Of a stretch of DNA of 64,000 nt, positions 58,446 through 64,000 are shown one piece after another. The first letter of the stretch is position 1; each line of letters starts with the position of its first letter. The notes beneath the pieces are model-generated. The model saw only the letters and a list, made by a program, of their open reading frames with translations. It ran no database searches and had not been told where the DNA came from. Origin of the DNA: Heteronotia binoei. Taxonomy: Eukaryota. Made by a program: the position numbers and the translations under genes. The stretch covers positions 259,718,001-259,782,000 of the forward strand of contig NC_083223.1 of the NCBI RefSeq assembly GCF_032191835.1, given 5' to 3'.

Positions 58446-58640
58446 ATAGTGTTCCCTCTAAGCGGAGTTAATGTGAGCAACTCATAGTTGCTTAGCCTCC
58501 AGCTGATGCATTTTTGTCTTCGCTCAGGAAGGAAGGCCCCAGAGCACACTAATTTATGCAGTAGCCAAATTGCTCACTCACCACTTTAATGCCAGTAGTT
58601 CATGAAGTATAACTTTTGTTCACAGCTTACACAGAACGCT
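58446..58640. mobile_element. hAT MITE (CAGTGTTCCC family), degenerate
   Basis: Colinear with 6261-6452. Confidence 0.75.
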
Positions 58641-59075
58641 GCTGGTGAATATTTAGGTTGTGCTTCACCTCTGGCTGGTTTCCCAGATCTCTCCGAGTCA
58701 AGTGTCTATTGCAGGGCTTTTTTGTGAAAAACCCAGCAGGAACTCATTTGCATATTAGGCCACACCCCCTGGCGCCACCACTGTTGTGCACAGGGGGTTT
58801 TTTTGTAGAAAAAGCCCTGCAGTAACTCATTTGCATATTAGGCTACACTCCCTGGCACCAGGCCAGCTGGAACTGCGTTCCTGTGCGTTCCTGCTCAAAA
58901 AAAACACCACCAACAACAACCCCCCCCCCCAAAAAAAAACCCCCTGGTCTATTGCATTTTTTTTTTTAATATCCTGGGTGTCGATCCTGCTGATTTGTGT
59001 AATCCGCCTTGGGTCCCATGGAGAAAGACAGGTGGAGCCATTAGTGAAAGTTGTTATGGCCTTTGTGATCACAAC

Positions 59076-59307
59076 GCCAGTGTGGTAGAATGGTTAAGGT
59101 GTTGGATTAGGATCCGGGAGACCCCATGTTCAAATCCCCTGTTGTCATGGAAGCTTGCTGGGTAATCTTGGGCCAGTCACATGCTCTCAGCCTAGCCTAG
59201 CTCACAGCGTTTGTTGTGAGGATAAAATGGTGCAAAGGAAAACAATGTCAGAAGCTTTAGATCCCCCCTTGGGGAGCAAGGTGGGATATAAATATTGTAA
59301 ATAAATA
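59076..59307 (+). mobile_element. Squam3A-like SINE
   Basis: Colinear with 21759-21995. Confidence 0.75.
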
Positions 59308-60124
59308 CAGGCAAATTTAATATTGGGCTTGTAATGATGATTTACAAAGCTTATTTAAGATTAGATCAAGTTGGCTTATGAATGAACATTTTTAATTTTT
59401 CATTGGTGTCATTTGTGTGCCTTGGATAGGGGGCTGGAAGGCTACAAAAAACACCAATTGCAACTGCAGACCCTTTGTTCTGGCTATTCTGCTTTTCTGG
59501 GCAGTGGAGGGAATGCTAGGAGATTAGTGTCTCAGCTATAAATAGAAGCTTGCCTTCTTGACTTGGCTGGGTGGTGTCTTGGCAACTTACCTAAATTTAG
59601 ACCAGTAGGTCACACCAACAAAGGAGGAGCAGTTTTTTCATAATGTGGGGAAAAACTGTACCTCCCCCCCGATTTCTGAAGCTGTCAGGCACATGAACCT
59701 ACAAAACCAAGCCACGAATCCCCTGAACTAATCCAGAACTGGACACTTCCTTTTCACAGCTTTAGACCCGTCTTGGCCTGATTTCCTTTTGTTGTACCCC
59801 TGGTGATGGGGAGATGATTTTTAGTTGAAAAATTTCTGGCAAAAAATTGCCCCGCAAAGGTTACCTCCTCCTCAAAACTGCAGCCTTTCCAAGCTCCTTT
59901 CCCCCCTTCTTTTTAAAGTTGAGGCTTTACAGATGCTTAAGGTGTAGCTTGACTTCAAGCAATTGGGTATGAGGAAAGCATGATTACAAAGTCAGAAGCC
60001 GCTAGCTAAGTCTGCAGATGTGGTGGCCCAGGTTCCGGTAGGCGCTGCAGCTCTCAGAATTTCATCAGCTGCTTATTCATAAGGGAGTCAACGTCAGCCC
60101 CTTTTACTCGTATGGTTATATGAA

Positions 60125-60410
60125 AAGTATGAGCCCCATGTGCAGAGTGGTAAGCTACAGTACTGCAGTCCAAGCTCTGCTCACGGCTTGAGTTTGATCC
60201 CGGCAGAAGTTGGGTTCAGGTAGCGGGCTCAAGGTTGACTCAGCTGTCCATCCTTCCAAGGTCAGTAAAATGAGTACCCAGCTTGCTGGAGATAAAGAGT
60301 AGATGACTGGGGAAGGCAATGGCAAACCACCCTGTAAAAAGTCTGCCAAGAAAATGTCACGATGTGACATAACCCCATGGGACAGTAACAACTCAGTGCT
60401 TGCACAGGTA
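60125..60410 (+). mobile_element. Sauria SINE (Squam1-like)
   Basis: Same family. Confidence 0.78.
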
Positions 60411-60788
60411 ACTAACTATATTTGAGAACATGGTTGCGAAGGTTGGAAAACACTGCAGAGGCTTGGCTTCTCCAGAGAGAAAGCCTTTGAGTGGATGGCT
60501 GTTAGAATATGCAGGGCTTCTCTTTAAGAGGCATTCAGCCAAGAGAATCCATTTCAGGCTGAATACCTGGACTCTAAGGCAACAGCGATAATTTGTTGCT
60601 GTTGTTGTTTTCCCTTGCACTGGCCTTCTTTCTTCTGAGATGACTGCTTTAGTGATTTTCTTTTCTTTTTTATAAGTGAAAGAAATCAAAACCGGAGGCG
60701 CTTTGCATTGCTTTTGCTGGTTGTTTGGCTCTGTTTTTCATTATCGCAGAAAAGCACAGAGCACGAGACCAGGAAGGAGGCTTTGCAG

Positions 60789-60808
60789 AACTACATTTCC
60801 CAGAAGGC
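60789..60808 (+). promoter_or_regulatory. ZNF143/Staf-type motif in the MACROD1 promoter
   Basis: AACTACATTTCCCAGAAGGC matches ACTACAnnTCCCA(G)MAKGC; a TATAAA follows at 60933-60938. Confidence 0.7.
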
Positions 60809-61026
60809 TGTGCCTCCAAGGGGAGGGAAGAGGCTTAGCAGTCAAAGCCCCTTGTCCCATCTTGTGGCAGCAGCTGCAGCAGCTAGCCACGCTACTCCCC
60901 ACTCCCCGCTCTCTCACCTAAATACCAGGTGTTATAAATAAGGGAGAAGAATTTCTCTCGCCGGCTGAAAGGCCAACCAGAGAAGAAGGCCGGCTGCCCA
61001 GTGCATTCCCCTGCAGTCTTGCAACC

Positions 61027-61285
61027 ATGCCAGGATTCCTTCTGTCCCTGCGAATCAGCAGGCTGTCTGGAGCCATTGGGAAGTTGTGGAGGGTGTGGGG
61101 CAGCTGCCCTATAGCACTGCAAGGTGGTGGAAGGAAGGGGGGGTGTAGTGGAGACGGGATCCCCAGTTGCAGGCTGCCAGCCCAGTGGGTCTTTGCAAGG
61201 GGCATCCGGAGCTGGACAGCTGCTCCATTAGCCATGGCAGCCAAAGTGGATCTGACCACGTCCACTGACTGGAAGGAGGCCAAAT
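61027..61285 (+). CDS. MACROD1: MACROD1 exon 1 (86 codons + 1 nt)
   Basis: Ends ...PLAMAAKVDLTTSTDWKEAK, matching mammalian MACROD1 PLAMAAKVDLSTSTDWKEAK. Phase-1 donor T|GTaagt; Arg-rich, acid-poor N-terminus; head-to-head synteny with STIP1. Confidence 0.9.
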
Positions 61286-62605
61286 GTAAGTGAGAGGGGG
61301 CAGATGTGGGGGCTCGGGTGTGTCTGTGTGCGTCTGTTAATGTGGCAGTGCCCCCCGTGCTAAGACCGCATCTAGTTTTTCCAGTTCAAGTCTCCAGTAT
61401 CTTTGCGCAGCTGTCTTTTGCTAGGCCGACATGAAGTGGGCACTAAATAGAGTCTATATATATATATATCTATATAGGGCTGACTATATCTGTGGGAACT
61501 TAACTGTATCTTTCACCACCATATTCCTAGTTCCCCTGCGGTGCTCACAGCAGCAGGTGGCATAGTGAGAGTTTGGGGAGCGGGCAGAAAAACCCTGACC
61601 CCAGTGACATGGCTAAATATTTTGGGAATTGTCTGTGTGCATTGACTGAACCAAGAACTTGGCTTGTGTTGTCCCTATGCAGTGAATTATGGGTATTTAG
61701 CCCTTTGTGCTTGAAGGTGTCTTGCAGTGCATCCTGGGAAACCTAAGTGGTCTCCTAGGAGACAGGCTAGGACAGCCCCTCCCAGAGACTTTTAGGTCAG
61801 ATAACTCCAGTTCTTTTGATGCTAGGGCAAATGGAAGCTGACTTTTTTTTGGTGGGCATACACTGGAGTTAGATAGGTATGGGTTTTTTTAAAAATTGGC
61901 CCTGCGGCTGGGCCTATGGTAGGAGTTTGAGCCACAGAAATAAAACAGGCGATGTTTAGCCTATGGTCTGTTTTTTTTAAAAAGGGAAAAAATCAGGGTT
62001 ATAAACCTGCGCAGTACTTCTGCTAATGAATAGGTCTGTCCGTATATCAGACTGTTCTGGCTTCCCTTAAAGGAAACTGCATGGTTTAACTATGCAGTGG
62101 AGCAGTGATTTTCAACGTTCCCATCCTCAGTGAGAAAATTTGGACATCTTTCTGCATCAGTTTGTTTTCAGGGAAATCTAGATTATTGCCTGCAAAATTC
62201 CTGCATGTTGTGTACAGGATTCTGGGTAGATTCAGGTCGGTGGGCAGTCGTGTTGGTACTAGTAGTGTTGCCAGATTCCTCCTGGCTGCTGCTGGGGATG
62301 GGGGATATGACTTGCAGAACCAGACTGGGAAAGTCCTGGAGATTTGGAGATGGGAGCCTGGGGAGGACAGGGACTTCAGTGGGGGACAATGCCATAGAGT
62401 TCACCCTCCAAAACATCCATTTTCATGAGGGAAACTAATTTATGTAGCCTGGAGATGAGCTGTAATTCTGGGGCACCTGGAGGCTTGCATTTCTAGGTAC
62501 TAATCAAGGGTGGTGATAAATAATTGTGTAAAGGTGAACTCTGGAAATCCCTCTCCCCTATGTTCTTATATACATAACAGCTGTCAAGTTGCAAATTGTA
62601 TGGCA

Positions 62606-62829
62606 ATTCCCCACTCCTCCACTTGCACCTACTGGAATGGCCTTGGATTAGCCATAGCTCTCGTAGGAGTTGTCCTTGAAAGGGCAGCTTCTGTGAAAAC
62701 TCTCTCAGCCCCACCCATATCACAGGGTGTCTGCTGTGGGGGAAGAAGATAAAGGAGATTGTAAGCCAACCTGAGTCCCTGATTCAGAGAGAAGGGCAGG
62801 GTACAAATCTGCAATTCTTCTTCTTCTTC
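62606..62829 (+). mobile_element. Squam3B-like SINE, 5'-truncated
   Basis: Same family. Confidence 0.8.
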
Positions 62830-63447
62830 AACGGGGCTTTCAGAATAAGTGAGAAGCAGAAGTGGTTTGCCACGGACTGACTCTTTAGAGACTTCCTTGG
62901 TAGTCTCCCGTCCAGATACTGAGTCTGTTTATAGGATGGATAACTTCCAGGTTGGGCCTGGTCTCCTAGAATCACAACTGATCTCCAGACTACAGAGATC
63001 AGTTCTCCTGAAGTAGATGGTAGCTTTGGTGGGTGAACTCTATAGCATTATACCATGTTAAGGTCTCCCCTCCCCAAACCCTGCCCTCCCCAGGCTCCAC
63101 CCCCAAATATCCAGGAATTTCCCAACCTGGAGTTGGTAACCCAACCAGTTTAGCTTTCTAGATCTGTTGAGATTGGGCTGTACCTTCCCTCTCCACTACC
63201 CCCCTCCGTTCTTACGTCCAAGGAATTTAGCAAGCTAGTTTTACCTCCCCACCACTGACTTTCAACTCCGCTCAGCGGTAGATACTACTGAAATATATTC
63301 AGCCCTCATCAGACACTTGTTTTCTTTGGGGTTAGTTTACAAAGTGATGTTCTTCCTGATATTGACACCCCCCCCCCAAAGGATATAATTGCTCGTTCTA
63401 GGGTTGCCAAGTCCCTCTGGGCAGCCGGTGGGGGATGGAGAGTGGGG

Positions 63448-63637
63448 GAGAGCTAGTTTGGTGTAGTGGTTGACCTTGGGTCAGTCACAGTTCTCTCAGA
63501 GTTGTTCTCTCAAGAGCAGAAGCTCTCTCAGCCCCACCTACTTCACAGGATATCTGTTGTGGGGAGATGAAAGGAAGAAGATTGGAAGCCACTCTGAGTA
63601 TAGGGTGGGTTATAAATGCAATCTCTTCTTCTTCTTC
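63448..63637 (+). mobile_element. Squam3-like SINE, internally deleted
   Basis: Same head and (TTC)n tail. Confidence 0.7.
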
Positions 63638-63702
63638 CTCTTACTTGGAGTTTATCCCATGTTTCAGTGATGTTTTTGTGTGACTTCATCATGACCCGGA
63701 AG

Positions 63703-63894
63703 CAATGTTCCCTCTAAGCTGCAGAGTCTTGCGAGCAAAAATTCTACTTTGTGAGCTACTGGCATTAAAGTTTTGAGCTACTGCATAAATTATTGTGCTC
63801 TGGGGTCATCCTTCCTGAGCTAGGGCAAAAATGTGTGAGCTGGAGGCTAAAAATCTGAGCTAGCTCATGCTAACTCAGTTTAGAGGGAACATTG
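63703..63894. mobile_element. hAT MITE (CAGTGTTCCC family)
   Basis: TSD cccggaag/cctggaag. Confidence 0.88.
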
Positions 63895-64000
63895 CCTGGA
63901 AGTGATGTAGACACATCTGGGACGTTGGGGCAAAAACTGTTTTTTAGCATCTGTCATAGAGTTAGAGCTGGCCCTAGACTGCCTGACAGCCTAGGCAAGG

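Overview
Vertebrate genomic DNA, very probably a gecko (inferred from the SINE, CR1, L2 and hAT-MITE repertoire). It carries the conserved MACROD1-STIP1-FERMT3 gene block. Minus strand: all 14 coding exons of STIP1/HOP (CDS 52733 to 21570; 1632 nt = 543 aa + stop; all junctions GT-AG) and the first two coding exons of FERMT3/kindlin-3 (7667-7508, 1282-1049; the rest lies left of the window). Plus strand: exon 1 of MACROD1 (61027-61285), head-to-head with STIP1. Introns and intergenic DNA are dense with transposons: a young 5'-truncated L2 LINE with an uninterrupted 2.5-kb ORF, CR1, L1 and Rex1/Babar fragments, tRNA- and 5S-derived SINEs, and at least five hAT MITE families with 8-bp TSDs, often nested. 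The most notable unexplained structures are: (i) seven remnants of minimal type I hammerhead ribozymes, six in short Penelope-like repeats (several fold-back) and one isolated; none is intact, but four copies give a fully canonical composite consensus; (ii) a hAT MITE flanked by a ~210-bp direct duplication instead of an 8-bp TSD; (iii) a 98%-identical 180-bp duplication bracketing STIP1 exon 6; (iv) a candidate haematopoietic promoter and non-coding exon 1 for FERMT3; (v) an eight-box CCAAT array upstream of STIP1. No CRISPR array, rRNA operon or true tRNA gene was found. Repeat family names are recalled by recognition, not by database search, and repeat boundaries without a TSD are approximate.
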